DNA of 64,000 nt from positions 124,001-188,000 of the forward strand of contig JAVKOQ020000052.1 of the NCBI GenBank assembly GCA_031835245.2, written 5' to 3'. This DNA is from Balamuthia mandrillaris (taxonomy: Eukaryota). A program made the position numbers and the translations under genes. This document shows, piece after piece, positions 27,869-45,069 of this stretch. The notes under the pieces are model-generated. The model was not told the origin of the DNA. It ran no database searches and saw only the letters and a program-made list of their open reading frames with translations. The number at the start of each line of letters is the position of its first letter. The first letter of the stretch is position 1.

Positions 27869-28255
27869 CTGGCCACTACTTTTTTTGTTTGTTTTGAATA
27901 ATCCATAATAATGATTGCCAATAATTGATTATTATTACCCAATTAGGTGAAAATATGACATTATCAACCGAAAATATTCCTATTTGTTGTCTTAATATAG
28001 AAAAATGGGCAAAATATTTGGCCGTCCCTTCGGCCAGCTGGATACTTGCTCTTCCAGCTGCAGACAACCAAAGCACTGCCCAGACAGAAAGGCATTTTTT
28101 TTTTTCGTGGGAAGTGCTCTGTAAGAGGCACCAGAACGGAACAGACAAAGCGTGAGAAGAAAGAGACCCACACAGATTTCCATTGAGGGGGGCGGTAGAA
28201 GAAGTATCTGGCTGGCAACGCATGGCCCAAAGCTCCGAGGCGAGTAAGAGCGGAG

Positions 28256-31615
<3,360 letters not shown>

Positions 31616-31779
31616 AACTTCAAGAGGTCGACTCACATTAGTCCGTTCCGCAAGTGGGTGTAACTTTATCATTGGTCCCTTTGATTATTTATTTGTTTTG
31701 ATTTTTTCTTTGTTTAAAATAAGATACTCTCTATCCATACGAAACAGAAGAAGAAGCAATAACGCAAACAGGGTTTGGT

Positions 31780-32762
31780 ACCAAAGCAGGTTTTGGTTCT
31801 TCATCTTCTGCCATAGAATCCTAACAATCACCAGATTGCGGCCACTCTTCTTTCTTTTACGAGTTTCATTTGCGCTTGCCAACTGTTTTCCATGATATTA
31901 GCCTCTGAAGGAGTACCCTTCTTCGGAGCCTTTTTGCAAACCACAGCTCGATGATCGTGCTCAATGCCAACAAATCCTTTATCGCCACATATCTCCTCCC
32001 AGCTTTCCAAAGCGTTCCACGGTCCATCATCGCCAAGCACATTACTTGTCGCCAATGCTTCCAGGAATGCTGCCACTAAGACTTGATACCCAACCGGTAG
32101 GAGTTATGAAGGCAAGTATTAAAATAGTGTAATCTTGTTCCTGAAAACGAATTGAAGAACGAGAGCAAGTGTTGCCATGAGTAAGTAAGAATTAATACCT
32201 GCTAGTGAGGATAGAAGGTACCTTGCAGTTGAAAGAAGCTTGATAGAAGGGAACAGACCTTGGCAAAAGAACGAGACAATGTGGCCTTGCTCTGCTTGGT
32301 GATTCTGGCGGTGTGTCCGAAAGTGTGACCATGGCGAAGGCGGTGCAGTGCGAGAAAGAGCTCCGTCTCAGGGGAATTGAATTGCGACGAGTTTCAAACC
32401 TTCCCTACTGACCCATGTGTGAGACTATCGAGGGCTTCAATCGGTTCAGAAGTGTTGTAAAGAAAGAAAGACAACTATTTCGTGTGTTTTTTTTACTCTT
32501 TGAGCAACACGTTTAAAAATGCCTTGCACCATCATCGATCTTGTATGTATTCCCTCTTTTTTCTTTGTTCTATCTTGTCTCCTTCAAAATTCAAGGTTAG
32601 GGCAAGACGCTTTCCACAAAAACGGCAACTAAGGTCCTGAAACAGGTCAGCCAGCTGTTGGTTCGCGCCCATTTGAGCAGTTCCAACTGGCCCTCTCAGG
32701 ACATCGAGAGAGAGGGAACCATAAAGAACGAATTCTTTTCCGCTACATTCCATGACCAGCAA
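31780..32762 (-). mobile_element. Degenerate PIF/Harbinger-ISL2EU type DDE transposase relic with frameshifts and stops
   Basis: Minus-strand fragments in colinear order: HTH ELFLALHRLRHGHTFGHTARITKQSKATLSRSF (~32385-32260), ILAFITPTGWVSSLSGSIPGSIGD (~32119-32048), EEICGDKGFVG (~31998-31966), then EN/KQLASA; outer boundaries approximate. Confidence 0.7.
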
Positions 32763-33172
32763 AACTGCAGCAAAACTGCAGCAATGGTGCTAGTTATCAT
32801 CTAAAAAAGGAAAAAATTTGGACCGATAAAACGAAAATTATTGTATTTGTTTTTTCGCCGACAAAAAATAAAACGAAAAGAAAAGCAAAAAAAAAAATAA
32901 TAATAAAAAGAGAAGAGAGAAAAAGCCCCAAAGGCAAACGGCAAGCAATACCAACAAGAAGAAGAAGAAAACGAGAAAGTGGTTCCCTGGGAAGGACCCC
33001 CTCCCTAACACACACCGGCGAGCAGAAAACCCTAAAAATTCTTCTTTTTCTTTTTTCAAGTTTGATTGATTCATGAATTGATCTTTTTTGATTTATTTTA
33101 TTTTTTTTTAATTTTTTTTTTTGGGGATTATTTTATTTTATTTTTGTTGTTTGAGACGATAGAAGGGACAGG

Positions 33173-35732
33173 ATGGGAGATTTAGAGTTTGGTGGTGGTG
33201 GCGGCGGCGGGGAGGGTTTCTTCTTGGGAGACGCTGGCACCTCCGCCAAGCTGGACCTCACCCACTACTCCCGCGCCGGCGTGTTGAGCTTCTTGGAGGA
33301 GGAGTGGTTCAACTTTCAGGAGGAGAGGGAGAAATGGGAGAGGGAGAGGACCATGCTCCTCAAGCACATTGCCAAGCTGGAGGGGGAGCGCCTCAGCTTC
33401 GAGAGCACCCAATACGACCTCCTCCGGCGAATCAAGATGTTGGAGTACGCGCTGAAAGCGGAGCGGTAATTCTCTTCTTTTCTTCTTCTTCTTCTTTCTC
33501 CATTGATTTTTTGTTTTGAAAAAAAGAAAACTGATTGGCTGAAAAAAAATCGATAGGGCAAAATATTCCAAAGAGCAAACGACGACGACGACGACAACGA
33601 CGGCGGCTGTTGCTTCTCCGTTACCAGAGGAGGACCTACCTGTAGAAAAAAGTATTTTTATTTTTGCTTTGCTCTCTTCTCTCTCTCTTCTCTCTCTCTC
33701 TAACACTTTATTCTTTATCTTTAGGGCTTCAACGACCACAGAGAAAGAAAGGCATTTTAGAAAAGTAACAAAAAAGCCCCTCCACCCTTCCTAGTCCTTT
33801 CTCTTTTTCCCCTCTGGGCTTGTTTTCTTTCTTCTCTGTTGTTTCTCTGCTTTTCTTTTCTTCTTTTCCTTTTCTTTTTCATTCTCTTTCATTCTCTTTC
33901 ATTCTCTCTATCTTACGTTGCGCATTAAAATATCACACAGGTACTTACAAGAATATGAGTCACGAACGCAACAACTTTTGCTCTCCGTGTCAAGTTTTTC
34001 CAACAACACCACAACTTCACTTTCCTCTTCTTATCCTATTTCCACACAACCAAACCACAGCAACACCAACAGTTATACAAACCGTTTCGAGCTAGTACCA
34101 GCCGCTGCGGAAAGCGGCGACAAAGACAGCAGCGCCGAACTCTTGAAGCACTCTCAAGCGCTCCACTTTGGCGCCAAACGGAGCGCTGATCGCATTTCTG
34201 ATGGAGACAAAGGAAAGGAACAAGCAACGACAGAGAATCAACCATCAACAAACAACAACAGCATTGGTGAAAGCTTCGAAGAAAAAATAGAGCGGATACG
34301 ACAACAACGGCGAAAAGAAGAGAAGGAGAGAGAGCAACAGAAACAGATGATGGGAACGGCTAGGAAAACGAAACTCCAACAAGTTGTTGGTAACAGCCGA
34401 GAAAATGGTGATGACGACGATAGCAGTGAGAGCAGCAGCGATGATGATGACGATAGCAACAGCAGAAACGACGCTAAAGAGAAAAAGGAGATTAAGCACA
34501 AAGAAAAGTCGAATAGCGGAGGAGGAAAGACCAGCCAAATATTACGATCTCGTCTTTCACTCCTGGGCGAGGCCAAACAACTACTCCAACAACAACCACA
34601 AAAACAACACTCGCAAGAAAGTCCTGCCTCGTCAGCTCCATCCAATGCACCCAAACAGTTGTCGCCAAAAGGAGGAAACGAGCAATTGGCTTCATCGGGG
34701 TCTTCTCGTGTGCCTACTCCAACTACCTCCGCTACAGCATCCCCATCATCTACTTTAGACGGAAAGAAACCTACTTCTGGCATGCGGAGCTCGCTCGGAG
34801 GTCTTGATGAGTTGGACGTGCAACTGCGAGAGGAGGTACCAAATGAGTTGTTGGTGCCAGCTGGTGACAGAAAGACATGGCAGCCCGTCTTTACGTTGCG
34901 CCACCATTTGGACGTGGTCCGAAGCGTTTCTTTCCATTCCGAACTTCCTATTCTACTCTCTGGCTCTGATGACTGCACTGTGAAGCTTTGGAACTGGCGT
35001 GTGGCTGGCACTGTTGGTTACAGCAAGTAAGAAACTCCTTTTCCCTTGTTTATAGTCTTTTGTGCTATATCGTTTCTCTTTCTCTGTGTACTGGCGCCTA
35101 ATGTTGTTATCCTCATGATTACCTTCAGGCCGATAACAACAGATGTAGAGCCAGCGGTAACACTGAGGGGCCACACAGCGGCTGTATACTCAGTGCTGCT
35201 TGCCTCTGAGTACGAACGTTGTTTCAGTGCTGGCGCTGATTGCACAGTTCGGGTCTGGGAATTACCCAATCCCAATGAGCAAGATCCCTATGCTGAACGA
35301 GGTAAACACTTTATTATTACTTGCTTTATTCTTCATAAACTAATTTAATATATTGGTTTAAAACGATTAAGGAAAGGGAATAATCTACGATGTGGCTTGC
35401 TATCCTGGCCACAAGGATGCCATCTGGAGCATCGCTCTCCATTCCTCTCGCCCCATCCTTGCCTCCGCCAGTGCTGACGCCACCGTCAAACTTTGGGACT
35501 TTGCCAGCTCCACCGTCGCCAAAGACGCCGAGAGAATTACCCTCAGCCATGCCACCTCTGAAATAGCCATCCCCACCTGTGTTTGCTTTGTGCCAACCGA
35601 TGTACAGAACGTGTTGGCCGGATTTACCACCGCCGACGCCTATCTCTTTGACATTGAGACAGGAGCGCCTGTCACCCACCTCACCCCTAATGATGAACCT
35701 AGACCCGATTGTGGTTCTCAAATTAATCAGGT

Positions 35733-35769
<37 letters not shown>

Positions 35770-36108
35770 TCTGGTCATTTCTCTTTTCTTTCTGTTGGCC
35801 TTACTTTGAAAATATCTTTCTATTAAACAGATTGTAGCACACCCAACACTGCCATTAGCCATATCAGCACACGAGGACCAAACCGTAAAATACTGGGACT
35901 TGCGGACGGGCAAATGCACACACTCTATGATTGCACATAAGGACGTGGTATCGGCGTTGGCCATTGACCCCTCCGGCACTTTCCTGTTGACGGCAGGCCA
36001 CGGCTGTTCTCTAAGATTTTGGGAGGTGTTGAGCAAGAACTGTATCCAAGAACTTAACGTATTTCTTTCTTTCATCGTTTCTCTCAGCGTACTTCTTACA
36101 CCTCTGTT

Positions 36109-36154
<46 letters not shown>

Positions 36155-36263
36155 GGCTCATCGCCAGAAACATGATGAAGCTATTTACAGCGTTGCCTTC
36201 CATCCAACACAAGACCTCATCGCCAGCGGTGGCGCTGATTCCACCATCAAAGTGTTTCAGTGA
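33173..36263 (+). CDS. STRN: Striatin (PP2A B''' / STRIPAK scaffold), multi-exon
   Basis: YSRAGVLSFLEEEW...W..ER...IAKLEGER....DLLRRIKMLEYALKAER, RYLQE, WD40 repeats TLRHHLDVVRS, AHRQKHDEAIYSVAFHP...ASGGADSTIKVF. Confidence 0.95.
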
Positions 36264-36388
36264 CGCTGAGAAACTACATTTTCATTCTCTTCCTCCTCTT
36301 TCTCACCACCCCATTGTTTTGTCAAATGAAGTGCTCTTATATTCCATTAAATATTTTTTTTGTTTACAGCCTTCTCTTTTCTTCTTCC

Positions 36389-39300
36389 TTAGGGTAATGA
36401 GGCCTCCATGTTTTTGACCTCCTGCAAAGTAGCTTCCATCTTTGCATACGCTTCCGTGTTTCCGAACCTCTCCTCCGCTTTTTTAATCATTCCAGTCAAG
36501 TTTAACTTTGCGGAATAGAGGTGCTTCTTCTTCTCTTTGGCCTCGCTCTCCTCCGTGGCTGCTATGTCCATGTAAAGCTGAGCCAGTTCCACGCTCGCTG
36601 TTGCTGCTGTTTTGAACTTATCATCGTCCTCGAAGCAGTCGGCGGTGCGTGCTGCTCTCATCTGCTTCAGCCGACAGTCCAGAGCTTTGTGCTTTTGTCC
36701 AATGCCATAAAGTAACACTGCATAAACTGCCCAAACCTTATTGTTAAAAGCAATTGTTAGATCTCTCTTTCATTCTTGTGCTTTTTACTCTTCCTTTCTA
36801 AAGTAAACAAGAGAAGAAAAAACAGCAGAGAGAAGCAAAGGAGGTACTTTGGGATCGTTGGTGACAGTGGCGGTAATCTTCTTGAAAATGCTCTCAAGCT
36901 TTTCAATCATCGCTTTTCTGTGCATGCTCTCTGATTGTAGCTTCAATGCAACGTCTACCAGCACCGCCGTTGCCTTAATGTCCAAAGGATGCTCAAGCTC
37001 CACCAAACGTGTGAGCGCATGCAACGCTTGATGGTAGTCATCCAACTCCTATTTTTGTGTCAAATTTATTTATCAGCGTTGTTTTTTGGTTTAGGGTATA
37101 ACAAAAGCAAAGGTAAAACACCCAAGGAGAGTATGAACGAACCAAACAAAGGTAGAGATAGTTCTCCCACATGCGCCAATTGTCATAAGCACATTTGAGG
37201 CCCTCTGAGAGTGCATGAAAGGCTTGCTGAGTGCTATGGAGTTAAGGCAAACTAAAAACACTAGAAAAGACAGAAGACAAAAGGAACGGTGAGAAAAATA
37301 AACTGTAGAAAGGATATTGTTTGTTTTGTCTAATGTAGACGGAAGCCAAGTTATTCCATGCTTCGTGTTGCTATTAACACAAATGAATGATAAGTCATGG
37401 AAGGGATAGCAGGGAGGGAGGGAAGGGAGGAGTACGTTGTAATCCAATTGAACGACTCTTCCAAATGCAGTCAAGGCTTTCTCCCATTCTTGGAGTTGCA
37501 TGGCTGCACATCCCAAAGAGAACCAACATTCGTGATAAAGTGGATTGATAGCAAGCGCCAACTCATAACTTTCCATACATTTGCTCCACTGATATAGAGA
37601 GTACAAGAGACGAGTGAGAAAGAACAGCAGAAACGACAAAAAAGAAAGAAGAAACCTGTTGTTGTTTGAGATAGTAATGACCCAATAAGCGTTGTGCACG
37701 AGCATAACGCTTATTAGAGAATTGCCAGGCCGTTTCAAAGTGAGAGATGTCCCCAGTCAATTCGCCGAGAATACACCAAAGTTCTGCCGTCGGTGAAGCG
37801 TCCAAACGCTCTCTAACGATTCTTTCAGCCTTTGTTACATGAAAGCAAATATTTTTAAATAATGTGATTGAGGAATAAGACACGAAAAAAAAAATAATAA
37901 CAGATAATTCAGTGTAACTATGACATTAAGGGATCATCACCGGCACGCGGCACGATTCTCTTAAGACTAAAATTTCATCACAAAGTAAAGAAACAAGGAA
38001 AAAGAATAAAACGAACATGAAGAAGAATAAGAGGAAGGAAATACCTTGGAAGTTTTTTCCATGACGCGATAGCAAATGATGATTTGGTCCCACATTTCAA
38101 GTCCTTCGAAGAGCTTAAGCGCGCTGGCAGCTGCGCCTAAGCTCAGGAAACGCTCTCCCAACTCTCGTCGCAACATATGTCGAGGAGGATATGCCACCTG
38201 CCATACATATTTGCTTCTTTCCATCAATGAGGCCTCTGACTCGTCTGAAAAGAATTGCTCTTCAAGAACTTGCAACTGCAAAACAGCTATAGAACACGCA
38301 AAAATTGTCAGAGATGAAGAGAGAACGAATGAAGCAGAGAAGCCATGAAACAAGCTCAACAAAAAAAAGCTAAAGAAGAGAAAATAACCTCTGTCAGCAG
38401 TTCTTCGCATATGAGCTTCCAATTTCGATTTGAGCAAGAGACAGGTAGAATGAACCATCCAATTATTGGGATTCTTTTGCACTCTCACGACATAAGGCAT
38501 AATCTCCTCCCGAGTGAGGGCGTCTTTGGGAGAGCTGAGGTACTTCTCTCCACAAAGAGCCAACAATATGCACTGGTCCAAAACAGCGAGGTTTCCTTCT
38601 TCCTTCTTCTTTCTTTCCTTGGCTGCCTCCTCTCCTTCCTCTTCTTCGTTGCTCTCAAACTGTGTTTCTGGCAATAAGACATCATCCAAGTTTTCTACTT
38701 CGCGCGGTGCCACTGTTGAAGAAGATGATGACTCTCCTTCTTCCTTGACCTCTGTTTGTTTTTCTTTTTCGTTTTCCGTTGAGGAATCTTTGCTGGTGGC
38801 ATGTAACACGAGTTGGGCAGTATTGAAAGTCTGGAACTTGGTTCGTTTGCCGAGTGCTCCTGTCAGCTGTACTTGGAGCCCACTTTTCTCTTGTGCACGT
38901 TTGAGATGAGTCTAATAACAGCATATGTTGAGGTGAGCGAAGGGTTAGTGACGTTCAAGTGGAAACCGAAAACAGAAAAAAAAAAAATAACTAAAAGAAC
39001 CTTGGCCTTTTTGCTTTGAGAGTAATGCAACCAAGCTAAGCCAATTTCAAGTTCCGCCATAGCATGAAGCTCGCTTTTGTCAAAAATAAAGAGTGAGCCT
39101 TTTAGTTTCTTTTGCTTTTTGTTTTATTTGTTTTGCTTTGGCTTTTGTGTTGCAGATACGTACTCGTCAAAGGAAGCATAAACAGACATAACGCTTGAGA
39201 ACGCCTCCTCAATGCCATCGCAAAGAGTTGCAGCAGGTCCAGATAAAACCATCTGCCATGCTCGCATGCATCTCGCCTTCCACCATCCTCCTGACTGTTT

Positions 39301-39815
39301 ATCGAGAGTGTTAAAAGGACATAAACACACGAAGAAGAAACAAGAACTTTTTCTTTTTCGAAAAACATTTAATATTGAGGAGAAAAAGAAGAAAAAAGAA
39401 CAAAAGGAACAGAAGAACAAGAAGAGGAGAAAGGAACCTTAAGAGCAGAAAAAGCGGAAGAGGAACGAAGAAGCAGATAGCATGCAACTGCCAAATAACG
39501 AATGTAACGAGTGTGCGGATAGACCGACTCGCCATCCATTGAGAGGTCAGCCAACACTCTCTCCTTCTTCTCTTTGCTCAACGGCTTCTCCTCTCCTCGC
39601 AGAGAAGGAGGCAGCTCGGGTCCAGTCCAGTTGGCCTGCATGAAGACCTGCAGCGCTGCTATGCCGCTCAAAAGGATGGCCAGCTGAGAAAGAAGTTCTT
39701 CTTCTTCTGCTTTGTGATGGGCCAACCAGTTGTTTACTCGCTCTTTTATTTGTTCCTCGCTGACCTCTGTTTCGTTGCAAACAATAGGTTAGAAGAGAAG
39801 GAGAGAAAGGATTGA

Positions 39816-39852
<37 letters not shown>

Positions 39853-40163
39853 AAGGAGGAAAGAAGAAGATAGGAGAACAACGCTGGAATAAAAGAAAGA
39901 AGAGAAAGGAAGGAGAACGTGCCTTCATCGGTGGGAGCGAAAAAAGAAGCGACGAGAGGAGAGGCCACGGCCTGCTCGTAGCGACTCTCCGCGATGTGTT
40001 GGCAGAGATCGCTCACCTGACGCGCCAATGATCCCTCAGAAGCACTTTCTGTACACTCCGCAGAGAGCGGAAAACGGGTGGGATGCAACACGTAGCGCTC
40101 CAGTCGCTCCGCAAGAGTCATAACGCCGCTGCTTGGTGGTTGTTGGCTCCTCCTCTCCTCCAT
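36389..40163 (-). CDS. TTC27: Tetratricopeptide repeat protein 27 (EMW1-like), multi-exon
   Basis: GIAALQVFMQANWTGP, LSMDGESVY, TGALGKRTKFQ, NWMVHSTCLLLKSKLE, SALKLFEGLEMWDQIIICY, RYARAQRLLG, ALAINPL...WFSLGCAA. Confidence 0.9.
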
Positions 40164-40684
40164 TCTTGTTTCTTTCTTTTTTCTTTCTTCCAAAGAATCA
40201 TATTTCGTGTCGTCATGTGTCGATATAAATAAAAGACAGAAAAGAAATGGCAAGGGAAAAAAGGGCAACCAAAAAGTCCCTCCGCTTCTCCGCTACCTTT
40301 AGCGGGACAAATCAGTGTCGACAAGGACCACTGCCACACCAAACCATTGCGCGTTCGTCAAATTGTCGACAATTGGCATGATCTGTTGCAGTTTTTGTTG
40401 TCAAAGCAATATATCTCTGGAAGGACTTGTTGCTTGACAAAAAATGTCCAGAATTGTTCGAGCTAAATTTTGTTCAGGTCGTGTAGACAGTCAAAGACCT
40501 GATAACAGCTTCTTCGTGGAAAAAAGTGCTTCTATAACGGTCCAAAAGAAAAAATGGTACAAAAATAAAACACAAAAATAAAAAATAAAAAAAGAGGGTG
40601 TGACGGGAGAGAACACGACAACCTAGAGGTTAGAGGCGTTGGGTAACCTTCGGCACAAACCGGAGAAAAAAAACTTTTGAAAAA

Positions 40685-42032
40685 ATGGGAACATGTCTGA
40701 GTAAAGGAGGAGAAGGCGAAGGCGCCAAAGTAAAAAAAGATAAACAACAAGCAGCTTCTTCTTCCGCTTCTCCGGAACAAAACGGCAACAATAAGAAAGC
40801 AAGCCCAAAGGAAGGAAGCCAAAGCAACAAGAAGAGCATCCATGAAGACGGAGAGGACTCTTCCTCCTCCGAATCCGAAGAAGAAAAGGTATTGTTTTTA
40901 TTTTTGTTGTTTAGTAATTTTTTTGTGTTCGTTTCTGTTTTCGTTTGTTCTGTTAACCGTCTAAAACGTTAAACCAAACAAACCTTCAATATAGGCTTCT
41001 ACAAAAGACAAAAAGCAACCAGCAGCCTCCAAAACAAACGCCGGAAAAAACAAACAACCACAAACGACCTCCTACAACCAAAAGGCAAAACAGGAAGACA
41101 AAGACGACGGAGAAATAACAGAGGTAACCACCGAAAGCAGCAGCTCCGAAGACGAAGACGAAAAGGAAGAAGGAGCAAAAGGAGGAAGTAACAAAACGGA
41201 GGACGGCAAGAAAGAAGGAGACAGCAAACAACAACAAAAGTCGAACAAAGACAACAACAATGAGAAGAAAGCTTTGAAAGCTTCTTCTTCTGCTTCGGCT
41301 ACTTCCACGAAGGACAAACACGATAAGAACGATAAGACGACAGCCGAAGAAACAAAGAAGCAGAAGCACAAGAAAGGAGAAGAGGAGGGAGAAAAGAAAC
41401 AGCAGAAAGACAACAAAACGGAAGGAAAAGAAGGATACAAAAGCGAAAGCTCAAGTGAAAGCGAAGATGGAAACGAAAACGAAGGCGAAAAAAAGGAGAA
41501 GAAACGAGCTAGCCTCAAAATCAAAGAGATAGCATCCAAATACGAGGAAGAAGCCAACAAAGACACGATCCCAGCTTCTCTCACCGCCAAAGAAGAGAGA
41601 AAGAGGCTGAAAGACGTGGAAGAATGGGAGAAGAAGCAAAAGGAGGCGCGCAAGCGAAAGGTGAAGAAACGCACCGGCCCTCGTTCTTCCGGCAGCTCTC
41701 GTCTCGGCGACAAATGGGAGCAAGGGCAGAAGGAAAAAGCTCTTCAGGAGTTCGAGAAGCAGAACGAGGAGGAGAAGAAGAAAAAGAAGAGTGATGCTGG
41801 CGCTGCTTCCTCCGACTTCAAAGCAAAGAAGAGCAGGTTCAGAGACAACGATCCCTATTGGCAGAAGCTAGCCATGACGGAGAAGGAGTTGGAGAAGGAG
41901 GAGTGGGAGGCCAAGAAGCTGGAGGCCGAGCTGGCTCGATTGGAAGCGGAGAACGACGCGTTGGAGGATACCAGCAGCATTGCAGTTTCAACTGAAGATG
42001 ACGATGATTCTTCTTCCTCTTCTGATGAGTGA
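40685..42032 (+). CDS. Highly charged, low-complexity protein with an N-terminal acylation signal; exons 40685-40888, 40995-42032
   Basis: MGTCLSKG start; in-frame GT-AG intron; K/E/D/S-rich body with a C-terminal coiled coil. Confidence 0.75.
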
Positions 42033-42263
42033 TTGTTGTGTTTGACAACGTTGGTAAGTTAAAAAAATGTTTTTCTTGTATTTCTAAACTTTTTTTTAGA
42101 GAGAGATGAAAGAGGGAAGCGGGAAGAGGAAGAGAAAAGGAGGAGGCAGTGAAGGAGGGTTTGCCTGTTTCATCTGAAGGCGTGTTTGAATGCTTTATTT
42201 CGTACGTAGATTCTCCGTTTGCTTCGTCTCTCTCTTTTCATTGTCATTTGCTGACTTAGTGTT

Positions 42264-43852
42264 TCAAGCAAACAGCCTCATGATGTCGGTTAAAGAGATC
42301 ACTCCAATTGGTTGACGATGCTCGTTGACGACCCAAACACGATGAAGACGATAAATGGCGAGTTGAAGAATGACCGTTGACAACAACGTGTATGGAGTGC
42401 ATGTGATCACCGGAAGAGGTCTTTTTTGTGGCTGAAGTTGTCGTGAGCCACCACCATGCTTTAACAGCAAGAACTCCATCACTGGCTTCAACAACGCTTC
42501 AAAGTTGGTGGTATGCAATCCCTTTTTTTTTTTCGTTTTTCATCAATTTGGTGTCCAGGAAGAGGAAGGAGGCAATAAAGAAGCACGAGAATCAGCATAC
42601 CCTGATATCACTGGCGCTAAGGTTTGCCACGAGTTGTTCGTTCTTATCAACAATAGCTACAGCGCTAATCTTGTGGAAATACATAAGGTAAAAGGCATGT
42701 ATGGCCTGCGCAGAGCTGCTCATCGTGATGACGTATTTGGTGCCCAGGTTCAGCTCTCCCACTGTTCTATCCTGAGCCACTAGTTCTTCATTGCTCACCA
42801 CTTGATTCGCCAGGAACTGAAGCACATCTTCAGTTTGCATAATGAGCAACAGTGAGACAAGGTAAGAGAGAAGAGAGAAAATAAAGAAGGCCGGAAGAGA
42901 AGCAGAGGAGATAGCAGAATAGAGTAAAGAAAGAAGATACCTGATTGAGAAATGATCCCACTAATTGTGTGAGCTTTGGAACGTGATAAGACAGGAGCTC
43001 TGTGAACGCCCTTGCAAAAGACCTCCTCTAGCACTTGCGATAGAGTTCCCCTTTCCTCCACCGGCAAGAATGGGTCCACTTTAGACTTGTCTGTACAAAA
43101 GCACCCGTTAAGTTCCATCTCTGATGTATGTCTCTCTGTTTATGCACGTCCTCTTCGCTTCTCTCTCTCTCTCTCTCTCTCTCTCTTGATCGTTTCTATT
43201 GTGTTCAAAAGAAGGATGAACGTACTTATAATGACTTTGATCGGAGTTTGTCCAAAGCCTTTGCCTCTGACCTTCAGTTCTTTCAAGTCGTTGCACCATG
43301 CACTATCAACGTCAGTAAGAACTCTGTATTGGTATGTATCAACCTTTCGCATACGTTACCTCCACTGAATGCTCTCTTCTTGTCCCTCCGAGTACAGCGA
43401 TAGCACGTACGTGAGTATGTCCAGCACGTCCTTGTAAACACCAACATCAAAGACAAGAAGAAGAAGCAGCAGCAAAAGAGGAAGAAAAAGAAAAAGGAGA
43501 ACATAAGATGAACAAGAAAGAGAAGAGCGAAGAAGCAGAAAAGAAGATCGAGAGAAAGGAAAAAAAAAAAACAAAGAAGAGGAGAAACGCAAAACAAGCG
43601 AAGAGAAGCAAAGGAGCAAACAAAAAGCAGAGCTAGTCAACGTACCACCATGCCAATATAGTCCAACGAGTCCTCCACTTGCACCGGGGCGGAGAGAACG
43701 TTGTGTTTGGTGAGCTCGTCCAACGCCTTCTCGATGGTGGTGTTCTCGCTCAGCACCAGAATGTCGGTCTGGCCGTTCAAAGCGACGATGTCTGCCACCG
43801 TGGTCCTTTCCAACAGGTCTCTTACCGAGGGCCATACTCGATGCGCTTCCAT
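42264..43852 (-). CDS. Four-CBS-domain protein (AMPK-gamma/SDS23-like), multi-exon
   Basis: ALDELTKHNVLSAPV...YIGMVDVLDI, GVHRAPV...GIISQ, KISAVAIVD...LVANLSASDIR, LHRVWVVN...PIGVISLTDIM. Confidence 0.88.
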
Positions 43853-44209
43853 GGTTCGTGTGTTTGGCCAAGTACGTCGTAAACGGTCTCGCTCTTTTTT
43901 TCTTTGATTTCGCTTCTGCTATAGCATTTTGACTTGGAACAAAGTTTTGTTTTCTGTTCCATTTCAATAAATTTTCTTGGATACTTTCAACCAATTTTCG
44001 TTCGAATTTCTATCCTCCCTATGAGGTGCTTTGCAAACCTCTTAAGAGTGCGGAGGCGCTTCAGAATGTTTTCGTTAATTTTTCTTTCGATTTTCATCTG
44101 AATTTCAAAAAGTTTTGGCGTTTCTTCACGCGCGCCACGCTACACTTTTTTCTGAACGCACACCGAGCCGCTCGCTACTCGATTCCAGCTATCCGGCAGC
44201 AGCAGCAGC

Positions 44210-44853
44210 ATGGCAGAGAGCAAACGACACCACGACACCACGGGCGATGAGGAGCTCAACATAAAGCCTACCAACTACATGGTTGGCATCGACGGCAGCG
44301 AGGCCTCAGGGAGAGCCTTTCAGTGGGTGCTCAAACAAGTGGTAGAGAAAAAGTTTCCCCAGCTATCAAAAGTGTTCATCATTGGTGCGTCGTTGGGCCT
44401 ATTTCTTACTGTGAACGCTTTGCTTCGTTCGATTACTCACATCTGTTTGTGCTTCCTCTTGCTACTACTTTAGATGTGTTGCCAGAGCTTGAGTTTGAGG
44501 TTGAGACCAGCAGCGAGTACCAAGAAGCCAAACGGGAGCTCACCGCCAGCCTCGAGGAATATGCTGTAGTGCTCAACGAGATTGGGGTACTACCAGTTTC
44601 TTATCTTGTTCTTCTCCTCCCTCCTCAATTCGAATCAAAAAACTATTCACGAAACCAGGTAGCAAACGAGGTGAAGTTGGTGGAGGGAAGCGATGACGTC
44701 CGTGAGGCGCTCTGCAAGCAGGTCAAGGAGAACAACATCGACGTGCTGGTGGTGGGCAACACCGGCAAGAGCAACCTCAAGCGCTTGCTGTTGGGCTCCG
44801 TCAGCGAGTACGTGGTGCGCCACGCCGAGTGCGTCGTGGTCGTCGTCAAGTAG
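44210..44853 (+). CDS. Universal stress protein (UspA family); exons ~44210-44384, 44474-44586, 44659-44853
   Basis: YMVGIDGSEASGRAFQW...DVLVVGNTGKSNLKRLLLGSVSEYVVRHAECVVVVVK. Confidence 0.93.
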
Positions 44854-45069
44854 CAACGGGCGTTACCTGTTTAAAAAAAATTAAAAATTTTATCGATATT
44901 CTACCATTGTTTTCAATAACTGAACCATATATGAATTTTTGTCGACTAATTATCGATAATAAAATTGGTAGGTTGTGAATATGTGTTCTCTGAACAAAAT
45001 ATTTCGTGCGGCAAGGAAACAGAAAAAGAAACAAGATTGGTTTGAGAGAGAGAGGAAGAAACGACAAAG

